A stretch of DNA of 64,000 nt. Source: an uncultured Candidatus Saccharibacteria bacterium (lineage in GTDB: Bacteria; Patescibacteriota; Saccharimonadia; Saccharimonadales; 2-12-FULL-41-12). The notes under the pieces were generated by a model, which worked only from the letters and a program-made list of their open reading frames with translations, ran no database searches and was not told where the DNA came from. Shown here in pieces: positions 30,387 through 39,040 of the stretch. The position numbers and the translations under genes are program-made. The stretch spans positions 22,164-86,163 of the forward strand of contig CAZYMH010000003.1 in NCBI GenBank assembly GCA_964648105.1, given 5' to 3'. The first letter of the stretch is position 1. Each line of letters starts with the position of its first letter.

Positions 30387-30423
30387 TGAGAACCTTGTGT
30401 CCTAACCGTTAGACGATGAGACC
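30349..30423 (-). tRNA. tRNA-Glu(CTC)
   Basis: Reverse complement GGTCTCATCGTCTAACGGTTAGGACA-CAAGG-TTCTCAT-CCTTG-CAATCGGGGTTCGATTCCCCGTGAGATCACCA. Confidence 0.95.
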
Positions 30424-30663
30424 ATTGAATTATGATTATACAAATTATAACACCTAATTAACAGATACAAAAGTTGCTCCGAATAGACAAGATTGGCATT
30501 TAGCTTAAACATACATATTTTGGTATAATAAACATAAGATTAATTTAAATGTGGGCATGAAAAAAACAACCGTAAAAAATACTAAATGTACAAAAAAATA
30601 TTGTGAAACCAAAAATCTCATCTTATCTGATAAGTTTGTAAGCAACTTTAGGGGTATCTACTA

Positions 30664-31917
30664 ATGGGATTGTTTGGTAAAAAGGCCGAAAATGACAGTC
30701 AAAACAGCCAAAGTCAGTTTAACGCTCTTATAAAAAGCAAGGAGTTGCAAGCTGATATTTTGATTCAATCGATCGGTGATGGGGTAGTTGCTACAGATGC
30801 CATGGGTCGAATTATTACGATTAATCGGGCAGCGGCCGAATTAACAGGCTGGACAGCCGAAGAAGCTACCAATATCGACTCAAGATTAGTGGTTAAATTA
30901 ATTGTTGATGAGAAAAATATGCAACTGATCTCAGAACCTGACCATCCCTTTACTCAGGTGTTAACTTCGGGCAAAACCTTCAATCAAACGCTAATTTTAG
31001 TTAACAGAAATAACCAGCATATTTATATATCAATGATGATTTCGCCGATTATCAATCCAAAAGCCAACAATTTGATCGGTCTAATTGCAATTATTCGAAA
31101 TGTCAATAAAGAAAGACGCGAAGAGCAGAGAAGTGCTGATTTTATAAGTACGGCTAGTCATGAAATGCGAACGCCAGTTGCCGCCATCGAAGGCTACTTA
31201 GCCTTAGCCTTAAACGATAAAGTAAGCAAAATTGATGCCAAGGCCCGCGAATACCTCGATAAAGCTCATGCCAGCACCCAACATCTTGGCCAACTTTTTC
31301 AAGATTTGCTAACTTCGGCCAAAGCCGAGGATGGCCGCCTAACCAGCCACCCTGTTGTAACAGAGATGTGTGCTTTCACCGAAAGCCTAACGGAAGATAT
31401 GCGATTTTCGGCCGAAAAAAAGGGTCTGGCTATCGAATATATTCAGGGTACTCACGGAGTAAGTAGTTCGGTTGATGCTTCGGGGAGTGGAACAATTGGC
31501 AAAACTATCGCCCCACTGATGTATAGTCTCGTCGACCCTGATCGTATGCGAGAAGTGATAACTAATGTCTTCGATAATGCCGTCAAATACACCGAGTCTG
31601 GCAAAATTACTATCTCCATAGCTGCTAACAATGATGTCGTCCAAATTTCGATAGCTGATACTGGTCCTGGCATACCCAAAGAAGATTTGCCTCATTTATT
31701 CCAAAAATTCTACCGAGTAGATAATTCGGCCACTCGGTCAATCGGCGGAACAGGTTTAGGGTTGTTTATTTGTGCAGCTATTGTCAAGTTATATAATGGC
31801 ACAATTTGGGCTGATAGTAAGGTCGGCGAGGGCAGTGTATTTTACATAAACTTACCTAGACTTACCTCGCAACAAGCGGCTCATTTGCAAGCCCAAGAGA
31901 AGCCTCAAATTGTCTAG
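30664..31917 (+). CDS. Cytoplasmic PAS-domain sensor histidine kinase
   Basis: SIGDGVVATD...INRAAAELTGW (PAS), ASHEMRTP, NVFDNAVKYT, DTGPGI, GGTGLGL; no TM. Confidence 0.93.
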   Translation: MGLFGKKAENDSQNSQSQFNALIKSKELQADILIQSIGDGVVATDAMGRIITINRAAAELTGWTAEEATNIDSRLVVKLIVDEKNMQLISEPDHPFTQVLTSGKTFNQTLILVNRNNQHIYISMMISPIINPKANNLIGLIAIIRNVNKERREEQRSADFISTASHEMRTPVAAIEGYLALALNDKVSKIDAKAREYLDKAHASTQHLGQLFQDLLTSAKAEDGRLTSHPVVTEMCAFTESLTEDMRFSAEKKGLAIEYIQGTHGVSSSVDASGSGTIGKTIAPLMYSLVDPDRMREVITNVFDNAVKYTESGKITISIAANNDVVQISIADTGPGIPKEDLPHLFQKFYRVDNSATRSIGGTGLGLFICAAIVKLYNGTIWADSKVGEGSVFYINLPRLTSQQAAHLQAQEKPQIV

Positions 31918-31983
31918 TAGGAAACTATTCAATAATGGTATAATATTAAACATAAGTAATATAAATATAAGAGAGAACAATTT

Positions 31984-33189
31984 ATGGCAAAAATAATGCT
32001 AGTCGAGGACGACAACAATCTGCGAGAGATATACGGTGCAAGATTGCTAGCCGAAGGACATGATATCGTAAGTGCTAAAGACGGAGAAGAAGCTCTAGCA
32101 TTAGCAGTCAAAGAAAAGCCTGAACTTATAATCTCTGATGTAATGATGCCGCGAATTAGTGGTTTTGATATGCTCGATATTTTACGGAATGCCCCCGAAA
32201 CTAAGTTTACAAAAGTAATCATGATGACCGCTTTATCGCAGGCCGAAGACAAAGCTCGAGCTAGCACACTAGGAGCTGATCGTTATTTGGTAAAATCTCA
32301 GGTTACCCTAGAAGATGTTGCTAAAGTGGTGAGAGAAGTGCTAGAAGGCAAAGAATTACCTAAGCAAGAACCACAGCCTGTAGCCACCGCTGGAGCCTCT
32401 CCAGAAAAACTAGCTGCCGATCAATCATCTACTACTAATTACACGCCTGTCGCCAGTGAGACAAGTAGCGGAGCTGCTGCCAGTTCATCACCTACCGCAC
32501 CAGTGAGCGATAGCCCAGTTACCACTGCTGCCGATGCAACAGCTGGTCATGATGTAGTGGCTCCAGTAGCTAACGATAATTCGTCTGATGCTTCGACTAC
32601 TCAAGCAGCTGCCGAAAATAGTACAGCCGAGGTCACAACTGAACCAGTACCTCTTAGTTCTAACACCGAAACTAAACAAATCGATGTACAATTACCCAAC
32701 CTTGATCAAGCGGCCGAAGAACTTAAACAAGAAGCCGCAGTAGCCGAGCCAGCAGTTGAAGCGACTACTCCTGAAGTGAAGGAAAGTGATCTGTCAGTTG
32801 GTCCGAATCTAGCCGAAGCCTTAAAATCAGAATCGACTGAGCCAAGCAACCCAGTACAAGCTAATCCAACAGCTGCCGCTTCGGTAGCTGCAGCTCAGCC
32901 AACGACCACTGCCGAACAACAACCTGCTAGTGAAGTTACGGCCGCCCAAGAAGCCAATCAACCAGCACCTACTTCTCCTGAGTCTGCAAGTGCTGAGTCA
33001 GAGGACCCATCACGTAAAAAAATTGTTATTGAGCCAATTCATGATCTATCTAAGCCAAACATCAATCAACTTGCCGAAAAAGAGCCAGACAACCAACCAA
33101 CACCTTCTTCGGCTACACCAGTTCCTCCACAACCAAGCCCAGCTCAAACTCCGCCGTCAACTAATCCTAACGATCTGATTTCTTTATAA
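31984..33189 (+). CDS. Response regulator receiver with long disordered acidic Pro/Ala/Thr-rich tail
   Basis: IMLVEDD, ISDVMMP, T, YLVK in the first 120 aa; about 280 aa of low complexity follow. Confidence 0.88.
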   Translation: MAKIMLVEDDNNLREIYGARLLAEGHDIVSAKDGEEALALAVKEKPELIISDVMMPRISGFDMLDILRNAPETKFTKVIMMTALSQAEDKARASTLGADRYLVKSQVTLEDVAKVVREVLEGKELPKQEPQPVATAGASPEKLAADQSSTTNYTPVASETSSGAAASSSPTAPVSDSPVTTAADATAGHDVVAPVANDNSSDASTTQAAAENSTAEVTTEPVPLSSNTETKQIDVQLPNLDQAAEELKQEAAVAEPAVEATTPEVKESDLSVGPNLAEALKSESTEPSNPVQANPTAAASVAAAQPTTTAEQQPASEVTAAQEANQPAPTSPESASAESEDPSRKKIVIEPIHDLSKPNINQLAEKEPDNQPTPSSATPVPPQPSPAQTPPSTNPNDLISL

Positions 33190-33222
33190 AACTCTAAATT
33201 TATTGTATAATTTGCATACACA

Positions 33223-33912
33223 ATGCGATTAAATAAATTTTTAGCTCAAAATACTGACTATTCTAGGCGAACTAGCGATAGGTTGATCGAACAAGGCCGT
33301 GTCAAAATAAACAATAATTTGGCAAATCTAGGGTCAGAGATAGAAGAGGCTGATAAAGTTTACCTCGACGACAAACTTATTACCAAATCGCTTAATCAAA
33401 TAACGATTATATTCAATAAACCGATCGGTTACATCTGTAGTCGCAAGGGACAAGGTGGCCAGACGATTTACGAAATATTGCCCAAAAAATATCATCATTT
33501 AAAGTCTGTTGGCCGACTTGATAAAAATTCTTCAGGATTACTAGTAATGACTAGCAATGGTGATCTCGCCAATCAACTGACGCACCCTAAATACCATAAG
33601 ACTAAAATTTACCAAGTGACACTCGATAAGTCACTGCAGCCGCTTCATAAACAAATGATTACTGATTACGGAGTGAATTTGGAAGACGGAGTATCTAAAT
33701 TTGTGATTGAAGACAGCGATCAAGTTGATATGCCGAAAAAATATAGAATAATTATGCAAGAAGGCCGTAATCGTCAAATCCGTCGAACATTTTCGGCTCT
33801 TGGCTACCGTGTAGCTAAACTTCATCGAACAGATTTTGGACCATATAGTTTAGGCGAACTTAAATCAAAAGAGATTAAAATATTAAACTCGAACGTTGCC
33901 GACAAGAGTTAA
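33223..33912 (+). CDS. RsuA/RluB-family rRNA pseudouridine synthase
   Basis: S4 domain MRLNKFLA...SRR, NKPIG, VGRLD, EGRNRQIRR. Confidence 0.93.
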   Translation: MRLNKFLAQNTDYSRRTSDRLIEQGRVKINNNLANLGSEIEEADKVYLDDKLITKSLNQITIIFNKPIGYICSRKGQGGQTIYEILPKKYHHLKSVGRLDKNSSGLLVMTSNGDLANQLTHPKYHKTKIYQVTLDKSLQPLHKQMITDYGVNLEDGVSKFVIEDSDQVDMPKKYRIIMQEGRNRQIRRTFSALGYRVAKLHRTDFGPYSLGELKSKEIKILNSNVADKS

Positions 33913-34473
33913 ATTAGGCGATTTATCAACTCCTAAAAATGAGCCAATTAATCCACTATATTTAGCATATGAAGTTCCATGGTGTTGGACTTTGCCAATT
34001 CCAGCCTTTTTCATTACCTCATCAGCATTGCAACCGACCACTGAACTCATCGTAATTGATCCAGTCAGCATAACTAGTCCATAATTATCTTGAGGAGTCT
34101 TAATGCGGCTGAAAACATCTTGATGCCAATCATCTAATGTTCGTAGTCCGCCCGGTTTTTCTATCTCAATTAAATCTTCAAAAATAATAGTGTGCCCATT
34201 GGAACGGCGAGAGCTGGATAAAAACTTTCTAGCTCTTTGGTATTGCTTCTCGGCTAAATTAAAGGGAATTTCAGGATCATGAACACCTACAAACTGAACA
34301 TTTTGATCAAATTTATAATCATCCTTGGCTAGCCCTGCTGCACCCATAACTCTAAAAAGTTGATCTTTCCACTCATTTTCTTGTTTTTTGCCAAAAAATA
34401 ACAGTTCTGGCTGAGGTAATCCAAAAATTACTAGGTTATTTTGGCTGCGGTTATTTATTTCGATTTGATTCAA
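33883..34473 (-). CDS. Hypothetical protein
   Basis: 196-aa ORF filling the gap between convergent genes; start uncertain. Confidence 0.55.
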   Translation of the reverse strand: MNQIEINNRSQNNLVIFGLPQPELLFFGKKQENEWKDQLFRVMGAAGLAKDDYKFDQNVQFVGVHDPEIPFNLAEKQYQRARKFLSSSRRSNGHTIIFEDLIEIEKPGGLRTLDDWHQDVFSRIKTPQDNYGLVMLTGSITMSSVVGCNADEVMKKAGIGKVQHHGTSYAKYSGLIGSFLGVDKSPNLTLVGNVRV

Positions 34474-34554
34474 TTTTAATTCTTTTAAGGGCTACTTATC
34501 GGTTAATTTGTTATGCTTACATCATACAACTGAATGTACTAATTTTTCAAATTT

Positions 34555-35127
34555 TTATGACCTGAAGGGGGGGACTTGTAACTCTTTCCAAAATAGTACA
34601 CCAGCCTGTGTACTATATATGTTATCAATGACTGGCTCAGGTTTGGTAAGAACGTAGCCTAAGCCATCTGTAGTATATAAGCCTGATGCCTCTTTGTTAT
34701 TGATCATTGTTTTGCTCAATTTATCTTGATCAACCAAAGTCGCCACACCTACCCCTCTATCTGGGGCATCTAACTTATTAATTATCCTAGAGAGGATTTG
34801 GTAGTCTAGGCATGGTATCTGACCGCGATTTGTGGGCCTATAGCTGCAAATTTCGAGTCTTTTTATTTGGCCTTGCATTCTCCGTCGGAAGGTCCCCGTA
34901 ATTCCCCGAAGTGGTGATTCATTTTCGATAATATCTGGGCTTCTCATGTCCACTAAAACCCACTCTGAACAAACCAGCTTACCAAGATTACGTTTAGCCA
35001 TTTGCCTCATCGCAATACCTACCAACAATTCGTCAGATGCTTTTGAAGGCATTGGCAAAACAATCAATCGATCTTTCATAGATTGAAAAGTGCCTAATTT
35101 AGGATTTAATTTAAGTATCTCACTCAT
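34555..35127 (-). CDS. Hypothetical protein
   Basis: Start re-placed to ATG 35127 (MSEILK) to avoid overlap with der; 190 aa. Confidence 0.55.
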   Translation of the reverse strand: MSEILKLNPKLGTFQSMKDRLIVLPMPSKASDELLVGIAMRQMAKRNLGKLVCSEWVLVDMRSPDIIENESPLRGITGTFRRRMQGQIKRLEICSYRPTNRGQIPCLDYQILSRIINKLDAPDRGVGVATLVDQDKLSKTMINNKEASGLYTTDGLGYVLTKPEPVIDNIYSTQAGVLFWKELQVPPFRS

Positions 35128-35188
35128 TTTAGCAATTATGTTATATAAATAGTTTTTAGTCAACTTATTATCTGTTATAATATATACA

Positions 35189-36628
35189 ATGAGTAAGAAA
35201 AAACTACCAATTGTGGCGATTGTTGGCCGAGCTAATGTCGGCAAATCTAGTCTATTTAACGCAATTCTAAACCGTCGTGAAGCGATTGTCTTTGATGAGC
35301 CAGGTACAACTCGCGATTCGATTATTGCTAAAGCTAGTATAGAGGTTGTCGAAGACAAAAAGTTAGTAAACCAAAATTTTTGGCTAGTTGATACAGCTGG
35401 ACTTAAAGATGCAGCTGATGATTTTGAAGCAACAATCCAGGACCAAATTATTCAAGCAGCCGACTCAGCTGATGTAATCATGGTAATGGTCGAGGCAAAT
35501 ACTACCATCACCGAAGAAGACAGACGAGTTGCCAAAATGGCTCTTAGGTCTGGTAAGCCAGTTATTTTAATAATTAATAAGATCGATAAAGCTAAAAATA
35601 CAGATGTTAGCCACTTTGAGAGGTTAGGCATTAAAGCCATATTTGAAACATCAATCCCTCAATATCGCGGTCTAGAAGAACTAACTGATCACTTAGGCGA
35701 AATCCTGCCTAAAGTAAGCCAAGAAGATGACGAAAACCGCATACGTTTAGCGATTTTAGGTAGACCGAATGTTGGTAAGTCGGCCTTATTTAACTGTTTA
35801 TTAAAAAAACAGCAAGCCGTTGTGTCTAATCGAGCTGGTACAACCCGCGACATTAATCGCAATCTTATCCGCTATAAAAATATCGAAATTGAACTAATGG
35901 ACACAGCTGGTATACGTCGTAGCGGCAAGATCGAGAAGGGAATCGAGAGATTTAGTGTAATCCGTAGTTTAGCAGCTATCGAGCAAGCTGATGTCTGTTT
36001 ATTGCTGATTGATGCAAATGAATTAAATGTTCAGCTTGACCAAAAAATTGCTGGCATGATAAAAGAGTCAGGTAAGGGGTTAATTTTGGTGGTTAGTAAA
36101 TGGGATAGTATCGAGAAAGACGCTTTTACTCGCGATACAGATACTGCCCCCAAAATTGCTCATAATTTTGATTTTGTCCCTTGGGCTCCATTAATTTTTA
36201 CTAGTAGCGTATCGGGTCAAAATGTAAGTAAAATATTTGAGTTAACACTTACAATTATTGATGAGCGAGCAAAGCGTATCAAAACAACCGAGCTTAACCG
36301 TTGGCTAAAAAAAGTAACTGATCGTCATCCACCAGCTGGCCTAAAAAATCGGACTCCAAAACTCAATTACATCACTCAAGAAACAGATAACCCAACACCA
36401 GCTTTCAAAGTTTTTGGCTCACATACAAAGTTTATCCACTGGAGTTATCGTCGCCATATGGAACGACGCTTACGAGAAGAGTACGAGTTCAATGGTACCC
36501 CTGTACAATTTTGGTTTATCGAGAAGCATGACACCCATAAACATGGCCTGAGTCCTACGCGAGATGGCGACGCACGAGCCAAAGCAATTCGCCAAAAACG
36601 AAGTCGCAGCAAAGTAAAAAATAATTAG
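35189..36628 (+). CDS. der: Ribosome biogenesis double GTPase Der/EngA
   Basis: Two G domains (GRANVGKS, DTAG, NKID; GRPNVGKS, DTAG, SKWD) and KH-like C-terminus. Confidence 0.97.
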   Translation: MSKKKLPIVAIVGRANVGKSSLFNAILNRREAIVFDEPGTTRDSIIAKASIEVVEDKKLVNQNFWLVDTAGLKDAADDFEATIQDQIIQAADSADVIMVMVEANTTITEEDRRVAKMALRSGKPVILIINKIDKAKNTDVSHFERLGIKAIFETSIPQYRGLEELTDHLGEILPKVSQEDDENRIRLAILGRPNVGKSALFNCLLKKQQAVVSNRAGTTRDINRNLIRYKNIEIELMDTAGIRRSGKIEKGIERFSVIRSLAAIEQADVCLLLIDANELNVQLDQKIAGMIKESGKGLILVVSKWDSIEKDAFTRDTDTAPKIAHNFDFVPWAPLIFTSSVSGQNVSKIFELTLTIIDERAKRIKTTELNRWLKKVTDRHPPAGLKNRTPKLNYITQETDNPTPAFKVFGSHTKFIHWSYRRHMERRLREEYEFNGTPVQFWFIEKHDTHKHGLSPTRDGDARAKAIRQKRSRSKVKNN

Positions 36629-36640
36629 GAGCAAAATAAA

Positions 36641-37309
36641 GTGGGATTATTTCAACGCAACACCTTTACAAATGACAGTCCGTTATATGAGATAGTCGAC
36701 CCTAAGTCGATTACAGGTACGAATTTAGGCATTCCTCAAACTGTACTAATAATTGGCCTTGGCAATATCGGCACAGAATATAATGGTAGTCGCCATAATT
36801 TAGGCTTTGAAATGCTAGATTATTTTGCTCAGATCAATGATTTTCCGAAGTGGTCCCTTAGCAAAAGTCGGTTTTGCCATGAAACATCAGCAACCATAGC
36901 TGGTAAAAAAATCATTTTAGCCAAACCGACTACCTATATGAACGACAGTGGTAAGGCAGTAAAAGCCATGCAGACTTTTTATAATATTAAATCAGAGCAA
37001 ACACTCGTTTTGCACGACGAACTCGATATAAATTTTGGGCAAATTCGCACCCGCGTTGGTGGCGGAAGTGCAGGCAACAATGGTATCAAATCGATTATCG
37101 AGGCGACTAGTGACAATTTTGGCCGAATTCGAGTTGGTATTGGCCCCAAAAAACCAACTAATATTGATTCGGCAAATTATGTTCTTGGCAAATTTACTCA
37201 GGCAGAAATTAAAAATTTAGCAGAAATTAAGGTCGAAATTGCCAGTATTTTAAGTGAGTATATCTCGCTAGGTCAACTAACCGAAGAAACTCGTCATATC
37301 ATTTTTTAG
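36641..37309 (+). CDS. pth: Peptidyl-tRNA hydrolase
   Basis: IGLGNIG, RHNLG, KPTTYMNDSG, HDELD, GGSAGNNG, RIRVGIG; GTG start with AGGAG. Confidence 0.95.
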   Translation: MGLFQRNTFTNDSPLYEIVDPKSITGTNLGIPQTVLIIGLGNIGTEYNGSRHNLGFEMLDYFAQINDFPKWSLSKSRFCHETSATIAGKKIILAKPTTYMNDSGKAVKAMQTFYNIKSEQTLVLHDELDINFGQIRTRVGGGSAGNNGIKSIIEATSDNFGRIRVGIGPKKPTNIDSANYVLGKFTQAEIKNLAEIKVEIASILSEYISLGQLTEETRHIIF

Positions 37310-37433
37310 GGCCAGACAAACTATCGACAATAAATATCATGGGTTTAATGGCTACTTCGCCGATATACTTCATCAATTGCCAACTCCTAGAGAATACATC
37401 GGGTGAGGGCGGTGATTTTTCGGGACTAAACAT
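37299..37433 (-). CDS. Putative 44-aa small protein (MFSPEKSPPSPDVFSRSWQLMKYIGEVAIKPMIFIVDSLSGPKK)
   Basis: ATG 7 nt after extended -10 TGGTATGAT; not in the ORF track. Confidence 0.35.
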   Translation of the reverse strand: MFSPEKSPPSPDVFSRSWQLMKYIGEVAIKPMIFIVDSLSGPKK

Positions 37434-37510
37434 ACCTTTTATCATACCAAAATTATTTTGAAATTTAGAGATATATAGATAAATAATTAATTACATAATT
37501 TAATTTCAAC

Positions 37511-37551
37511 AAAAAAGAGCCTCCAGAGGGGGTGGGCACCGCTGGAAGCTC
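37511..37551 (-). terminator. Intrinsic terminator of the putative ncRNA
   Basis: Minus strand GAGCTTCCAG...CTGGAGGCTC followed by TTTTTT. Confidence 0.75.
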
Positions 37552-37973
37552 ATTTTCGAGCTCGAAACCACGTATGGCTCAAGCTCACAATATACCCTTC
37601 AACCCACCTTGAAGGCCTTCCAAATAAGTTATTTTCGAAAAAATAAATAGATGGACCCACTCATAGGTTGTGACGTCAATCCACCGCGGCTCAACTAAAA
37701 CGAGGGGGGAATGCGTGGTTAAAGGGACTCTAGGGCTAACAAACTTTGTTAAACCAAGAGTTTGCCCCTAGAGCATCTGGCAAATCCAGATGAGGTTGTA
37801 GTATAGTTATAAAAGTAAGTGGAGGGTACAACTTACAAACTATTTTTATACCTTGCACACTTAAAGGTCCTGTTTGATCAAACTAAACACGACATTAAAG
37901 TGTACACTCTAAGAACAATCTAACTTTTGGGGTATGGAATGTACCAAGCAATAAATACATCTATTGCTTACAG
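37511..37973 (-). ncRNA. Putative large structured non-coding RNA of unknown family (about 460 nt)
   Basis: Promoter and terminator bracket an ORF-free segment with about ten consecutive hairpins, richer in G+C than its flanks. Confidence 0.6.
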
Positions 37974-37979
37974 ATTGAC

Positions 37980-38008
37980 ATTTTAGCAAAGAAATTACAT
38001 TATGTCAA
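37980..38008 (-). promoter_or_regulatory. Sigma70 promoter TTGACA-N17-TAAAAT (TGn extended), overlapping a divergent TTGACA for dprA
   Basis: Minus strand TTGACA taatgtaatttctttgc TAAAAT; plus-strand TTGACA at 37975-37980. Confidence 0.75.
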
Positions 38009-38023
38009 TACTTTTTAACTAAT

Positions 38024-38902
38024 TTGTTATTTATGCAAGATTTCACTATAAAAACCTTAAGCACTAATCAACTACCAGATTCGCTAACTCGGCTTCACAA
38101 TCCACCGCCGAAATTATATCTGAAGGGTAATTTTGATCTGTTACAGTCGAACTTACCCAAAGTAGGTATAGTCGGAGCCAGAAAATTTACACCTTATGGT
38201 CGTCAAGTTACTGCCGATTTAAGTTCGGCACTAGCTAGGGCAGGGGTAGTTGTTGTTAGTGGACTTGCCTTAGGGGTTGATAGTATAGCTCACAAAGCTT
38301 GTCTTGATAGTAATGGACAGACTATTGCGGTTTTGCCGTGCGGAATTGACACAATTTACCCATCGTCTCATTATCAATTAGCCAAAACAATTTTAGCTAA
38401 AAACAGTCTATTGGTCAGTGAATACGAGGGCAAAACTTCGCCCAAGAAATATAATTTTATCGAACGCAACCGTATAATTGCTTCACTTTGCGATATTTTG
38501 ATCGTAACAGAGGCTGCTGAGGCTAGTGGCAGCCTCCATACGGCTAGTTTTGCCCTAGAGCAGGGGATAACGGTTATGGCCGTACCTGGCAATATAACTA
38601 GCCCGTACAGTCAAGGCACCAACAAACTAATCCAAAATGGTGCATACCCAGTTCTAAAACCACAAGATGTAACAGATCTATTGGGCTTGAAAGGTCATAT
38701 AAACACACTAACTTATAGCTATTTACCAAAAAATCCTCGAGAAAAACTAATTATCGATAGCTTATCCGGTTGCCAACTGACAACCAATGATCTGATAAAA
38801 CAGACCAAGATTGAACCAATCGAACTTCAAACAACACTCACACTTATGGAAATTGAGGGAGTTGTTGAGGTAGACAATGCTTTATGGCGTCTGAAACTAT
38901 AG
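38024..38902 (+). CDS. dprA: DNA-processing protein DprA
   Basis: PPPKLYLKG, VGIVGAR, VSGLALGVD, F-ERNRIIA, EAAEASGSLHTA, VPG, GTNKLI; start may be ATG 38033. Confidence 0.95.
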   Translation: MLFMQDFTIKTLSTNQLPDSLTRLHNPPPKLYLKGNFDLLQSNLPKVGIVGARKFTPYGRQVTADLSSALARAGVVVVSGLALGVDSIAHKACLDSNGQTIAVLPCGIDTIYPSSHYQLAKTILAKNSLLVSEYEGKTSPKKYNFIERNRIIASLCDILIVTEAAEASGSLHTASFALEQGITVMAVPGNITSPYSQGTNKLIQNGAYPVLKPQDVTDLLGLKGHINTLTYSYLPKNPREKLIIDSLSGCQLTTNDLIKQTKIEPIELQTTLTLMEIEGVVEVDNALWRLKL

Positions 38903-39040
38903 TGATTATTGACTGAAAAATCATTTTTAAAGTTATTAACAGTTAATTAATTTGTGGTCCAAATTTGCAAAAATTTGAGCTTATTGATAGATTAGGTATT
39001 TGTAACTAACACATAATAATGTAAGCTAGACATAACCTAT

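Noticed and set aside
30126-30389. 87-aa ORF
   Set aside because: Runs antisense into tRNA-Glu across hairpin-rich sequence; no protein features
37511-37973. Structured region as tmRNA, RNase P RNA, CRISPR array or T-box
   Set aside because: No tRNA-like GGGG/CCA ends, no GAGGAAAGUCC or other RNase P core, no repeated units with spacers, no T-box motif or downstream synthetase
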